From Halocafeteria seosinensis (Eukaryota): a DNA stretch of 64,000 bases. The notes below the pieces were generated by a model. That model was not told where the DNA came from, made no database searches, and saw only the letters and a program-made list of their open reading frames with translations. Numbering within the stretch: position 1 is the first letter of the stretch; the number at the start of each line of letters is the position of its first letter. A program made the translations under genes and the position numbers. The stretch is taken from positions 62,001-126,000 of the forward strand of contig LVLI01000098.1 of the NCBI GenBank assembly GCA_001687465.1, read 5' to 3'. Shown here piece after piece: positions 26,531 to 38,925 of the stretch.

Positions 26531-29140
26531 ATGTCATTCTCTGGAGCACACTCCTTGTCTGTAGTCCAAGAGAATGATGAGGCCAAGTATGTACTCTTTT
26601 CGCTTGTACGAGTTGGATTTACTGAGAATTGGGTCACTCATAATGGTGCTTGTGCTGTGTTTGTTTCCCAGCTCGGTAGCCGAGAACAGTAAGTCTTGAG
26701 GGAGTTCTGCGGCTCTATGCGTCTCTCCCGATAAGGTTTTCCCCTTGATTGCAGATGAATATGATGCAGAGATCGAAGGAGAAACGTCCCAGGCGTCTGG
26801 AATTAAACATGAGCTCTCGTACGTAAAATTATGGAAGGAAAATGACGACGACGTACTGTACACGTGTCCACGTAGGGTAGTGCCCCTGGATATCCAAATA
26901 CAGGCCTCCTCAGTTCTCGCTCAATGTGATAAAGGCCATTGTCGGAGCAGGGTCCTTTAGTTTGCCGTTCGCATTTTATCAGAATGGTATTGTCATGTCG
27001 GTCATCATGCTCTGTGCTTTGTCGGCGCTCAGTGTGTACACAGGATCGCTACTCAACTACGTCGATCGACGGCTTTCCGCAAAGTATGGGAAGCAGAGAG
27101 GAAAGTCAGACCTGACATACCCTGACCTGGCCGAGTACATTTTCCCCGGTGTAACGTGTTCTTACGTCGGCCGATGCGGGTGCTGTTCGAGGAGGAAGTC
27201 GAGAACCAAGCCGGAAGAGACGCAAACGTTGTTGGAAACTGACCATCAACCATTGGACCAGTTGACGGAGTATCTGCGGGCTGAAAGCCAGAAAGGATCC
27301 GAAGAGAAAACTCAACCCCCACCTAGTGATCAGGAAACTACGAGCGATGGATTATTTAATGGTCGAATTACCTCCAGTACTCAAACGGGTAGGTCAGTCT
27401 CTGCCCAGCCTCAGGTTGGCGCCGCCAAGTCCAGTACCCGACAGCTGTCGTCAGCTGAAGTATATTGGGGAAGGTCTCTCAGCGCTACCAAACCGCACAA
27501 GCCTTACCAGCGGAGAGCTCTCTCAATTGAAAGGAGAAGAGAAATCTTTAAAGACGCTGCATTCACGCTTACCGGACGCCAGGCAACGTCGACGGACCAC
27601 TCCAGTGCCTCCTCGCGACAGCAATCAGCAGTCCCTCCTGAGATGTTCGAAAGTGCCACTTTAGCAAGAGTACGGACAAAGACAGACGAGCGCGGGGTAC
27701 CTGAGAGTATGCCCCGTCCTACTGGTGCTCAGCTGTGCTGTTACAGTTGCATCACGCCGTTCATTGGTTTCGTTCTGAAACTTCTTGGAGTTTTTCCATG
27801 TGCATGCTGTAATCAAAGTGTTTATGAACCTGCTAAAACAAAACGAAATTGTGGAGCTGGATGCTCAAGTACATGGTGCTGCTGTGGAGACTCATATCTA
27901 GATTCGGAAGACGAGTCAAATTTTTTCAGCACGGTGGTGTATATAGGCTTCGTGGCAACATCACTAGGAGCTAGCGCAGCGTACGTAGATTTCATCTCAT
28001 CGACTCTCCCTACCATTGTTGACGGTATTACACAATTTGAAGCTTCCTTAATGGCCTTTCCGGTGGTGCTTGCCATGGCATTGCTTCGGTCACTACGCAT
28101 CTTAGCGTTTAGTACGTATACTGGGCACCCAAACCGTTTTCTTTGGACTGTAGTTTACCGAGTTACTTGAGTGTTTGGCAATGCAGCTAGTATAGTCGGC
28201 AATATCGCAGTGACTGCAGGACTCATCACTGTCCTTGTCTCGGGTTTTCTCAATAACGATTTAGGAATGCCCCCACTGTGGGGAGACACAAAGGGATTCT
28301 TCCGATTCTTCGGATCAGTTGCTTTCTTATTTGCTGTGCACATAGTTTTTTACCCCGTCATGCAGTCGTTGAAAAATCGATCAACTTTCTTGCCTACAAT
28401 GCAAGTCACCTACGTAATCGTCACGGCAAGTACTATAGTAACAATTCTTTTGATATAAGGCTTTCGTGGTTCAACTCAAGAGTGTCGCAACATTATTTCT
28501 ACTTGGTACAGGTAATTAATGGAGTTTTCGGTGGTCTTTGCATAGCCCTGTTCGGGAGCGACACCAAGTCGAACGTAGTGGCAAACATGGAGGGAGGAAT
28601 TTATACAACTATTGTAAAAGTGGTACTTTGCGCTGATCTGCTTTTTACCGTGCCGATTGTGCTGGCTGCATCGCGTTCACTACTGGAAGACTCGATTGTG
28701 CCGTCGTTTCCGCCAGATTGCGATACTCATGTGCGGAACATTCTTCGGGTTAGTATCATGCCTTCGAATCACGTTTCGTCCTTCCATTCATATAACTTCA
28801 TCGTTCTTTGACTTCAGATAATACTCACTCTCATCGTTGCTACGATTTACTTGGCTATCCCGTCGTTCTCGGACTTGGTCACACTCATTGGAGGTGTACG
28901 TATTCGGATGACTCCGATTGTAGCTTACTGAGGATACTTGTACCATACTTGCTGCAGGTAATTAACTGCCTCATGGGCTTCATTCTACCTAGCGTGTTCT
29001 ACATGAAACTTAAGCATATTGACGGAGAGCTCACTACGGTATCTCTTATCGGTCACAGCACCATCGTTTTTGTAGGTATTGCAGCGGCTATGGCCAGCCT
29101 TGTGGTCACCCTCCTCAGCCTTATCGATACCTATAGCTAA
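26531..29140 (+). CDS. Amino acid transporter, AAAP/Aa_trans (SLC36/AVT-like), tandem copy 2
   Basis: Same motifs and same intron positions as copy 1. First exon is MSFSGAHSLSVVQENDEA, followed by a 17-nt micro-exon at 26672-26688. One intron is GC-AG. Confidence 0.9.
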
Positions 29141-29548
29141 GGCTTCCGACAATTTCCACGAGCAATCGATTTATTCCGATTATACATGTGCACTGTGAGG
29201 ATATCAACTCAGATGATAAACCCTGAAAATCCAAGGGGGAGCACTTTGAACCCGTATCAAATGACTCAAGTTATTTGTATCCTCCATTTCTTTCCGTTGC
29301 AATCCAATTCTACAGTACATCCGCTTCTATTTTCTACCATCGCTACTTTTTGTAGTTGTTCCGTCTACTGTTCGAATTGGTTCGCTTCCAGCGATTCCGC
29401 TGAGACTTCCAGTTCACTGGGGCACTGGGGGTGCTTGTGAAGGACGTACTACTGTATCCTGGTCAATTCCTCCTGAAAGCTTCGATTTGTGGGTTACGAC
29501 TCATAAGAGTCAATTGTTGTTAATTGGACGCGGAAACCTGGGAAAGCC

Positions 29549-30640
29549 ATGAGCATTGTGAGAGTGGGCTTGGTGAGCAAGATTCGCCATCTTCAGGATG
29601 CTGTGCAGAAAGCCATTGGAGAATCATCCGCAATACAGTCCATGATACACTCGAACCGCATCGGTGCGGTTCGAGTGGAACCTATAGATCTTCCAGATGC
29701 CTTTAATTCTGAACAAGAGTTACCCGTGTTGGACTATGAGATCATCCTGGCGGATCCGGCTCACCTGGCCGAGTACGTCAGGCACAACAAGTGTCCACAA
29801 CTGAGGTGGTGCCAAAGCACGTTTGCCGGAGTGGATCCGCTGGTGAAAGCAACGCAAGCTCCGTCCTTCGTATGCACCAAACTCGGCGGTAAGTGATGGT
29901 GATGAATCCTCCAGGTGAATGAATGCGTCGATCACCTCCCCAAATACGCCACAGATGTATTCGGCACCATCATGGCCGAGTACGTGATTGGTCACATTAT
30001 TGCGTGGGTAAGACAGTTTTCGGCATGCCATGAAGCTCAAAAGAGGCAAGAGTGGATACAAAGCAGTGTCAACTCCTATAAAACACTCGAATCCTTAACT
30101 GTGGGTGTATTGGGAGCCGGAAACATTGGGCAGGAAGTACTCCACAAATGCTCAGCTTTGGGGATGTCGACGATTGGAGTTCATTCCAGTGAATCATCAA
30201 AGGAGCGCGCAAGGACTTCTCCGTGCCCCTACGAAGCTACAACGTCTGTCGATCATGCACTTCAACATTCTGATGTTATCGTCAACCTTCTACCATCGAC
30301 CCCCCAAACGAAGTACTTGCTTAACCCTTCCTCGCTTTCGAAAGCGTACAAGGGTGAACGGCTATTGATTAACGCGGGAAGGGGCGATATCATTAAAGAA
30401 GACGACATAGTTACATGTCTGAACGAAGGACTACTGCAGCACTGTGTACTAGATGTTTTCGAAAAGGAGCCGCTTCCCAAAGACTCTGTCTTATGGCACC
30501 GCGAAGACGTCACTGTTACTCCGCACGTGGCAGCAGTGTCCTTGCCAGAGGATACGGCCAACGCTTTTGTAGCAAACCTTGAAAAATGGTTTGACGGCAC
30601 TGAGCTTCAATTCAAAATTGACTGGAGCAAGGGGTACTAG
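29549..30640 (+). CDS. D-isomer-specific 2-hydroxyacid dehydrogenase, glyoxylate/hydroxypyruvate reductase A (GhrA)-like
   Basis: WCQSTFAGVD, MAEYV, GVLGAGNIG (Rossmann), NLLPSTPQT, INAGRG, LDVFEKEPLP and TPHVAA motifs. One intron at ~29889-29955. Confidence 0.92.
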
Positions 30641-30955
30641 CGTCTGATATGCCCACCCCTTGCGACATCCAGTAGTTGCCCCCAGGCACTACATCAACTT
30701 GCACAAAGGTTTACCGAAATTGAATAACCGAGGGCACGCTATCACTCTACTATGTAGTAGCTTATTGACATTTGCATGCCAATTGGCATCCTGCATTGGA
30801 GCCGAACTCTCGCACAGATGCTTTTGAACCGGTTACCTTCTCCCCAAACGCTTGTTGCCTTACGAGTACAGGCTCGTGTGCTTAGGAGCGTGTGTCTGCT
30901 TTACTCTCTTTGGTGAAAAAACGATCAATGGTTACAAGGGCAAGGATATATGCCT

Positions 30956-32525
30956 CTACCGTAGTTGCCTTGACTCAAATAGGTGTTCAGGGTAAAAGCT
31001 AGCAAGGACTTTTCTACCTCCAAACATTCTTCCGTGCAAACCTTTCACAGCTGCGAACGACGAACATAAAAGCATGCAGCAGTGATCAAATATGAGGCAT
31101 TCTCGCATGATAATGGTCATACCTCTCACTGCCGTCGGTTCGTTTTCAAATTCGACAAAAATTCTAACTGCATCTGACTCTCTAGTACTGCTATCTTTGC
31201 TCTCATCCACTACGCATTGAATGACAGGGCCAAAATTGGAGCATTCTTCTGCTGTTTCAGATTGCAAATCCTTGTCAACTTCTCCCCGACCTACCATGTT
31301 CTGCAACAAATTATTAAGAATAGTCAAGTAGAACGGGTTTCAGTATTTTTGAGCGCGTGGAATTCCTGGACTTACTTGCAATAGTACTATTCTAGAAGCA
31401 TTCATCGGTTTCGTATCATTCTCTGAATAGTCTGCCTGCTCCTCATCAGGATTCTTTATAATCCCATGAGCATGTCCGACCTTTTCATGTTCTAATGGCG
31501 CTGTAATTCCACTTTCATCTTTGCCTAATCCTTTTCCTTCTTGATAACCCCAGCCATGCATCATCTTAGCAGCAAGTTCCATTCCTCGAGGCTTGTTCTC
31601 TCCTGCTCCGGAACTAGCATCCCGGCCTCTACCCCGTCCACGTCCGTATGATACTCCGTATTGCGGAGACTCATCCGTAGTCACTGAGTCTGTATGCACA
31701 CCAGACATTGCTGCCGTTGTTTCAGAACTTGCAGACGAAGCTGACTGCTGTGTTTGTTCCCTATCTTGCTGCTTTCTAAGCCATTCCGGCCGCAAGTCAA
31801 CACCACGTCCTCGACCTCGTCCAGCCGCAGCACCAGCCCCGTATGTCTTCTCCAATTGCTCTCGCTGTTCCCGAAGGCGTTGCCGTTCCATGTCTTTGGC
31901 TTGCATTTGCCTCTGCAACTCTAGTCGCGCTCGTTCTTCCTGTCTGCGTCGCTCACGTTCGGCAACAATCTCTTCATAGTCATTCGGGTTCACCGGGTCA
32001 TACTCATCAAACTCCTCCGTAGGGAACGCATGTAAGCTCATGTCAGGTGCAGGTTGATCCGCCATTCCTTTACTGCCGGAAAAAGCGCTAGTATCCTCCT
32101 CTCCCTTGCTTATATTGGTATTATCCTCCTCCGTCTGCTCGATCGTTGTCGTTGTGACAGTTGTGGCTGTGGCCTCCGCCGTCGCTTCTCCGTCGCTTCC
32201 TACGGTACTGGCTGTTTCCGATTGGCTCCAAGATGAGGAAGATACTGAAGTATGCCCTTGAAAAGGTGCACTATTAATCTTAATCGTCATTATCTTCTGG
32301 GAATCCGTCGTGGTCGAACTCGATTCACTGCTTGTACTCGCTGCAGTTTGAGGTTTCCGGCGTAGTGCAGTGGGGATCATGGAGCTTGATTGACCTCCCC
32401 AACCTGCATGGGAGAGTATATGTACTCAAATAGCTCTCTGATAAAGCAAGAATGGGGCACCACATACCACTTCCGTCCCCACGGGAACGCTTCTTGCTCT
32501 GCTTTAATTGGCTGTATAGATCCAT
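30956..32525 (-). CDS. RBM17: Splicing factor 45 (RBM17/DRT111): SF45 motif, G-patch and UHM-type RRM
   Basis: MDLYSQL start, DEYDPVNPNDYE motif, G-patch AAKMMHGWGYQEGKGLGKDESGITAPL, and UHM NMVGRGEVDKDLQSETAEEC..VRIFVEF..GRMFGGRKV. Three introns. Confidence 0.93.
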
Positions 32526-32861
32526 CTTTCTCTCCACTGAAGCTCTTATGGCAATAAGCGAACACTATACTATGCATGCAGCATACAATACAATCTTCTG
32601 GCTAACTATCGCCATCGTAGCTGCACTTTATGACGGCCGAATCAACAAAGTAGACGAAATGTTTGTACTGTTTCTGCAGAGTAGCCCGTATCCACGCTGT
32701 TAAATCGTCCGGAATCGATGGATTATCCTCTCGCCCCCGATTCTATTGAATGTACAACGTACGAATCTATCTATCGAAAGCTTCTTTGAAACCATTGCTC
32801 TGCTCTGCACTAGGAAACAGCGCCAGTAAACATGGAGTGACCACCTCGAGCTTCACAAGGG

Positions 32862-33899
32862 ATGGAGGGATACAGAAGGCTTTTGCTGCCTACAGGAGGC
32901 CTTCTCGCCGCAGTGTACAGTCCCACATGGAGTAGTACGAGGTGCTCGTCGAGCATGTCCCCGGAGCGCCGGAGGGAGCTCAGAGAGTATATTACGGCTG
33001 AACGAGGGTGTGCGCACCCTGTACGAGTAGCTGACTTCGGTCCAATTCGTGTTATTGGAGGTCATGGAGGGATGCTGAAGCTTCGAGACCATGTTCTCAA
33101 GCCTATAGAAGACTCAAGAGGGAGGAATGAGTTGGCGTTCTATGTGGAATTGAACCAGCATTGCCCACCCTCAGAGTACCCGGCTCGACTTACGCCACAG
33201 TTTTATGGAGTTATGAGGCCAAGCGATTTGCCAGCATGGATGGAGAAGGACTACTCGTTCATCCGCCTGGAAGATTTAACAGAAGGATATAGGAAGCCGT
33301 GTGTGATAGATATTAAGCTAGGAACCCGAACATGGGACCCTCTGGCGACGGAGAGGAAACGCATTCGGCAGATGCTTCGATATCCGCCTCAACTGGTCAC
33401 GGGCTTCCGTATCATTGGCATGCACATATTTAGGCCTTTTTCGCCTGATAGCCACGAAGACGGCAAATGGCTCGAGTTTCAGCGGCGTTTTGGCCGCTCA
33501 CTAACTGAAGATGAACTACCCTCCGGGCTACTGGAATACGTTCACGATGGTCAGCGCGTCCGGTGGGAAGTGCTGGAAAACATGCTTGACCAGTTGTATC
33601 AACTTAGGAATTGGTTTCAGAAACAACAAGGCTACCGTTTCATATCGACTTCGTTGATGGTCATCTTCGAAGGGAAGTCCGGTATCAATGAGGATCCGCG
33701 TGTCCGCCTCTCGATGATTGACTTTGCGCATACATTCCCAATTCCTCCAGACAGTTCGACTGCATACGAGCAACGAGATGAAGATTATTTACTAGGTCTA
33801 AGTAATTTAATTGCAGTGATTGAACGACTGATTGCAGAACGAAACCGCGGATACTTGTTAAACTACCAGCCGTTAGACCGGTCGATTGACTCGTCCTGA
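32862..33899 (+). CDS. Inositol polyphosphate (multi)kinase, IPK family
   Basis: VIGGH, LEDLT, PCVIDIKLG (PxxxDxKxG), STSLMVIFEG and MIDFAH motifs. Intronless. Confidence 0.92.
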   Translation: MEGYRRLLLPTGGLLAAVYSPTWSSTRCSSSMSPERRRELREYITAERGCAHPVRVADFGPIRVIGGHGGMLKLRDHVLKPIEDSRGRNELAFYVELNQHCPPSEYPARLTPQFYGVMRPSDLPAWMEKDYSFIRLEDLTEGYRKPCVIDIKLGTRTWDPLATERKRIRQMLRYPPQLVTGFRIIGMHIFRPFSPDSHEDGKWLEFQRRFGRSLTEDELPSGLLEYVHDGQRVRWEVLENMLDQLYQLRNWFQKQQGYRFISTSLMVIFEGKSGINEDPRVRLSMIDFAHTFPIPPDSSTAYEQRDEDYLLGLSNLIAVIERLIAERNRGYLLNYQPLDRSIDSS

Positions 33900-34629
33900 T
33901 CCTCTATGTCTACCTTGGCTCTTAATCGAATGATGGCGCATGGACTGCAAGAAAATTTGCATTATTGAACCGGTAGATTCTTATGAAGGAGCCTCGTCGT
34001 TATCGAATGGACCCGCCAATCACTGCAACCCTGTCCTTGATAGGCGCGTGAGCTATTCCTGTGAGTCAACTTAAGGTTATTAGACGCTTGGCTCCGACCA
34101 CATAGGGTTATTTAATATCCTAATGCAATGTATGGAAGAGTCGCAACTGCTTGCCTGGTAGAGCAGTAACATTCCTAATAAGGTTCGCCACGCGAGGAGT
34201 TCGCCGGTGATCCTGCAGCTCTCCACTATTAGAGACGGCAGTAGCAAGACCGATGGAAATCGAATAATGTCTTTTGTCTGGTGTTCGAGTACTTAATGTA
34301 ACATAAATGGAGACAAGAAATGAGCCACAGTCCGTTTATGTCGCCACTACAATTCTTCATGTGTGGCATGTTCCTGTACAGAGGGCCAAGCTAATTTCCA
34401 CTGTCGTATTTTGGGTCAAATGCCCATTGTCCATGAGAAATTATTCTGTACCGCGTTATGATGGCTACGGTAGGGTGTGTCAACTTCAGTCGTCACTTCT
34501 TGAAGGGTTTTCCGCGCGTCGTGCGACGGGACCATCGGGTCCAACAATTTCTCCGCTACAATTTTTCACATGTCTTTAGTGAATCAGGATTGATACTTCC
34601 CTGCTGTGCTCCTCATTTCAGACAGAGAA

Positions 34630-36644
34630 ATGCGAAGGGCTGTAGTGAACACTGTGCTATTCAGAGGGGGCCGTCGTGGTCTGCTGCGTCCGGCAGCGAA
34701 CAGCGGTCCTTGGATTCCAGTCCCTCCGGAACGCTTTTTTGCGACAGATGCCTCTGCTTCCTCGAAGATGAATTCTGATCGCCATTCCACTCGCTGGGAG
34801 GGCCACATGCAGGCCCTCAAGGAGATATGTCCGAAATACGTGGATGACCCCCTTGACATGGAATCGTACAATACCGACTGGATGCGCAAATACCAAGGAT
34901 ACAGTCCCCTGGTGCTCGTCCCCAAGTCGACGGAGCAAGTGAGCCAGATTCTCAAGTACTGCAACGACAACGTGATCAACGTCGTACCCCAAAGCGGCAA
35001 CACCGGACTCGTCGGAGGGAGCGTCCCCGTCGAAGATGAAGTCATCCTGTCGCTTAAAGACCTCAGGCAAATTATCTCGTTCGATTCCACTTCGGGAGCG
35101 CTGGCAGCTGAAGCTGGATGCATCCTTCAAGACCTGGACAACCACGTCGCTCCCCATGGCTTCTGCATGCCGCTAGATTTGGGGGCCAAAGGCTCCTGTC
35201 TTATCGGAGGAAATATTGCTACCAATGCCGGGGGCCTACGCCTGCTCCGCTATGGAAATCTGCATGGTAATACACTTGGCCTCGAGGTGGTCCTTCCCGA
35301 TGGATCGGTACGTGACTTATGAAGCCTTAGTTGGTAGCGTACGACTATTTGCGCTTACAAAGTGATGACAACAGATTCTTAATCTCATGAATACGCTGCG
35401 TAAAGACAACACGGGCTATGACCTTAAGCAATTGTTCATTGGAGCTGAAGGAACTTTAGGCAAGTTGTTACACCATAGTAATTGAGCTCCACACCGTGTA
35501 CTTACTGCAATTTGACACTACCGCAGGCATTGTGACAAAGGTGGCTATTCAAACTGCTCCGAGGGCTCCTTACAGAAATGTTGCGCTGTTGGGATACAAG
35601 TAAGTTCTTGCATGGCAATTTTCCGGCGGCGTGAACGCCCTCGTGTAATTCGTTGCCTTGCAGCAACTTTGAGGATGTCGTCGCGTCACTTCCTCTACTA
35701 CGAGAAGGTGCCTCAGAAATACTATCAGGAGTGGAGTTTATTGATCGATCTGCATTAGATATTGTTCTGAATAACAAGGCCTTGTGCAACAATTACGGGT
35801 ACCGGGAACCTCTGGCAGAAAAATATCCGTACTACATAATCGTAGAGACAAGAGGTAGTGATCCAAATCACGATATGGAAAAGCTTGAAAGTATGATATT
35901 TCACTTATCTAAGTGAGCTCGTGCGTTCCCTCTCTAAGTGTGTGGGATCTATGTATTGCGCAGAGACGTTACAACATTCACTGGACTCCTCGAAAGCTCT
36001 CGACGGAATTCTCGCAACGGACGAGTCCCAGAAAAATGTGCGTTGAAAATGAAGTCAGGTGCTCTTTCACTGTGCCGTCACTTGCTTTTTTTTGTCTTAT
36101 GGTCTGGCAGCAACTATGGGGTATCCGTGAGAGTGTTCCGGTTGCCATCTCTGAAGCAGGCTTAGTGTTCAAGTATGATGTTAGTGTACCGCTTCATTTA
36201 GCTGACAGCATTGTCGGGCGAGTGCGACAGCATATGAAAGAGGAGGGGCACATTGATAAACTTAACGTCCAAACATTTGGATATGGCCATCTGGGTAAGC
36301 TGCGTTACTCCTTCAAGTGAAATAGTGTTCTGGACGCACTCCTTGTGTCTTAATACGATGCAGCTGATTCGAATGTGCACATCAATGTGTTGTTGCCTTG
36401 GAGTACCGTCAACCAGGATAAGACCGCATTTAAGCAAGTGGAACGTAGCCTGGAACCTTGGCTCGGACGACTCGTTCATAGCTATAACGGAAGCATTAGT
36501 GCTGAACACGGAATTGGGGTCGCTAAGCGAGACATGTTTGCCGAAATCGGAGATCCCAACGCGCTTGAAACCATGCGTCAATTTAAAAGACGCTTTGATC
36601 CAAATAACATTTTGAATCCACGCAAAGTTGTGCCTGTCGCTTGA
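34630..36644 (+). CDS. D2HGDH: Mitochondrial D-2-hydroxyglutarate dehydrogenase (FAD-linked oxidase)
   Basis: Arg-rich presequence; [78 protein letters not shown] and FDPNNILNP motifs. About six introns, one of them GC-AG. Confidence 0.95.
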
Positions 36645-36854
36645 GGACACACTTGACTCTCCACAGTTTAATGTGGAGCACCGGAACCCATTAGTACTTG
36701 TACAACAAAATTGTAATGCACTACGTGCTTTGGTTCATCGGGCTGTATCCGTATCTTTTGAGGCTCCGTCCTATACCGGTAGCTGGCCCCCTGATTCAAT
36801 GCTGCATACACTGATGGTTTCGAATCGGATAGTCATCAAGATTGCCACCGTGAG

Positions 36855-38450
36855 TTACCTCATGTTCAGACCGTATTTTTGCAGGAGTATCTCCCGGTCT
36901 TGTGCGGAAATTGTACTTGTACTACTTTCATCGGCTTCCACATAGATCTCGGGTCGTAAAATAGACAGAATGGCGCCATGCACCACGGAGGGTGGTTGGG
37001 ATCGTACCAGTGACTCAAACTGCCTCAGTTCCTCGTATCGACATACCTCCGTTGGGACTCTACGGGAGTGCCACTTTAATAGAACTTCACGTCCCAAGCG
37101 GTTGATCGTAAAATTTGACAACGTAAGACGTGCAATGGCGATGAACACAACATTCGGTACAGCCCACTGACTGATCCAATCATTCTCGTTTTGGATTGTG
37201 TCATACGTGATCTCGCTGGCAGAACTCGGGGCACCTACTGCAAAGACCAACGCAGCAATATTCAACCAAAAATATGCCGAGTATATGCGATGCTGGCGTT
37301 GGTACACCTGCTGTACGAGCGAAAGCGTGCCTACAGCGGAGTCCGACGACTTGCAACAGTCTGACAAAGAGTTTGCCACCCGACAAGCTATGTCGTACGT
37401 CGATATCAAGGTGACTACGAACGATGGGGTTTCAGCCAAAGCAGTAAGCAGGTAATAAAATGCAGGCTCGTGCCAAATCCTCTGCCATGCATGGTAAGTC
37501 AATAGCACAGAAACCAACGAAGCCATGAGCGAAACAACAACTGCTATGATCGTTTCCGTCGCTCTGTAGCGTGGTTTCTGATAAGAGCTGGCATTACCTG
37601 ACGTATCCCAAGTTGTCCTTAAAATTTTGAAGAGTAATTCGGCACTTGAGGAATCCCTCGTTTGTTCACCTGTTAAGAACTCTCGATCCACTGAGCACTT
37701 GGAGATTCCTTGTAGGAGATCTTCCTTTAAGGCAACGTGAGCGGACATCGACGCCTTTTTCCATGCCTGTTGTATCGCTCTGTCAATGAGAAACATAAAT
37801 CCAAAAACACCATATCCCATAAATCCGACGGTTGCCGTAAGGATTGCCCAAAATTTATTCTTTCCAACGTTAAACTGAATAGTGCCATAGACCGAGGCAG
37901 TAATAGACAACAAGGCGAGAAGTAGCACCAGTACGAGACGTCCGTATTTTCGTTTTGGTGGCTCAATGTTCCCCAAAGAGTGCGGCTGTTGACCTACCAA
38001 GGAAGACCTTCGCGATTTGATAGAAGTTGGGCGAGCCATCTTGGCCACCTCATGCATGACCCAGGCACCGTCTGATCCAATAGCAACTACAGTGCAGATC
38101 TGAAAATAAATGCGAAGCACCGGTTGTAAGCTTGGTAGAACACGAGACGCTTCTCCGGCAGCATGAATCCAAGGCAAGCCAACCAGGGCACCCACTAAAA
38201 TCATCACTGCACAATATACGCGGTACATGCGGAACCGGAACCGCGTGCGGTAGGTGGACCCTCCCTCCAGGTAGAGCAGCTTTGCAATTTCCTCCAACTG
38301 AGCATCGACTACAGACGTGAAATAGGGAGTAACTGAGTCAATATCTGCGGCAAGAAGTCGAGTCTTCGCCGAGAGATCCTCATTCTGAACAGTGTCTTCG
38401 TCTTTGGTGCCTGCCACCGATGCGGTTTCTCCCTGTTCCGTATTCGGCAT
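36855..38450 (-). CDS. Hypothetical ~8-TM membrane protein
   Basis: Long uninterrupted ORF with two blocks of about four hydrophobic segments. Family not recognised; an upstream exon is possible. Confidence 0.7.
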   Translation of the reverse strand: MPNTEQGETASVAGTKDEDTVQNEDLSAKTRLLAADIDSVTPYFTSVVDAQLEEIAKLLYLEGGSTYRTRFRFRMYRVYCAVMILVGALVGLPWIHAAGEASRVLPSLQPVLRIYFQICTVVAIGSDGAWVMHEVAKMARPTSIKSRRSSLVGQQPHSLGNIEPPKRKYGRLVLVLLLALLSITASVYGTIQFNVGKNKFWAILTATVGFMGYGVFGFMFLIDRAIQQAWKKASMSAHVALKEDLLQGISKCSVDREFLTGEQTRDSSSAELLFKILRTTWDTSGNASSYQKPRYRATETIIAVVVSLMASLVSVLLTYHAWQRIWHEPAFYYLLTALAETPSFVVTLISTYDIACRVANSLSDCCKSSDSAVGTLSLVQQVYQRQHRIYSAYFWLNIAALVFAVGAPSSASEITYDTIQNENDWISQWAVPNVVFIAIARLTLSNFTINRLGREVLLKWHSRRVPTEVCRYEELRQFESLVRSQPPSVVHGAILSILRPEIYVEADESSTSTISAQDREILLQKYGLNMR

Positions 38451-38925
38451 CTGTTGTTCCGCCGTTTCTTTTTGTCGTTTCTTACACGTTTGTACCTGAA
38501 ACAGATTGTATCGAAGACGCACACGCCTCTATCACCTCATTTAGTGCCGTAAAGCAACTTCCGCAGATTCCAGGCAACTTGTGAAGCTGCGCCACCCGCT
38601 CAAGGGAGCAGTCCTGTTTCCTTTCTCCCTTTGCCAACTCGGACTTTTCCTCTCTCTGTTTCTTTTGGGATTGTGTGACTAGAGTCTCCAATCCATCGAG
38701 ATATTACAAATGCCTCCATCACTGACGAGCATGAGGAGGCTGCTGTTCAAGTTGAAGTTCACCAGGTTCAATCGAAACTTCAACGATTCAAACAAAACGT
38801 TCACTTTGGCTTGGCTGGCTGCAGGCTGCTGCGGACGAGGAGTCATGAAGCCTCCATTTAGTCATGTGTGTTGTCTCGTGTGTGTTTTCGGAGAAATTTG
38901 TTGTTCACCAGGACTGTACTCTGAA

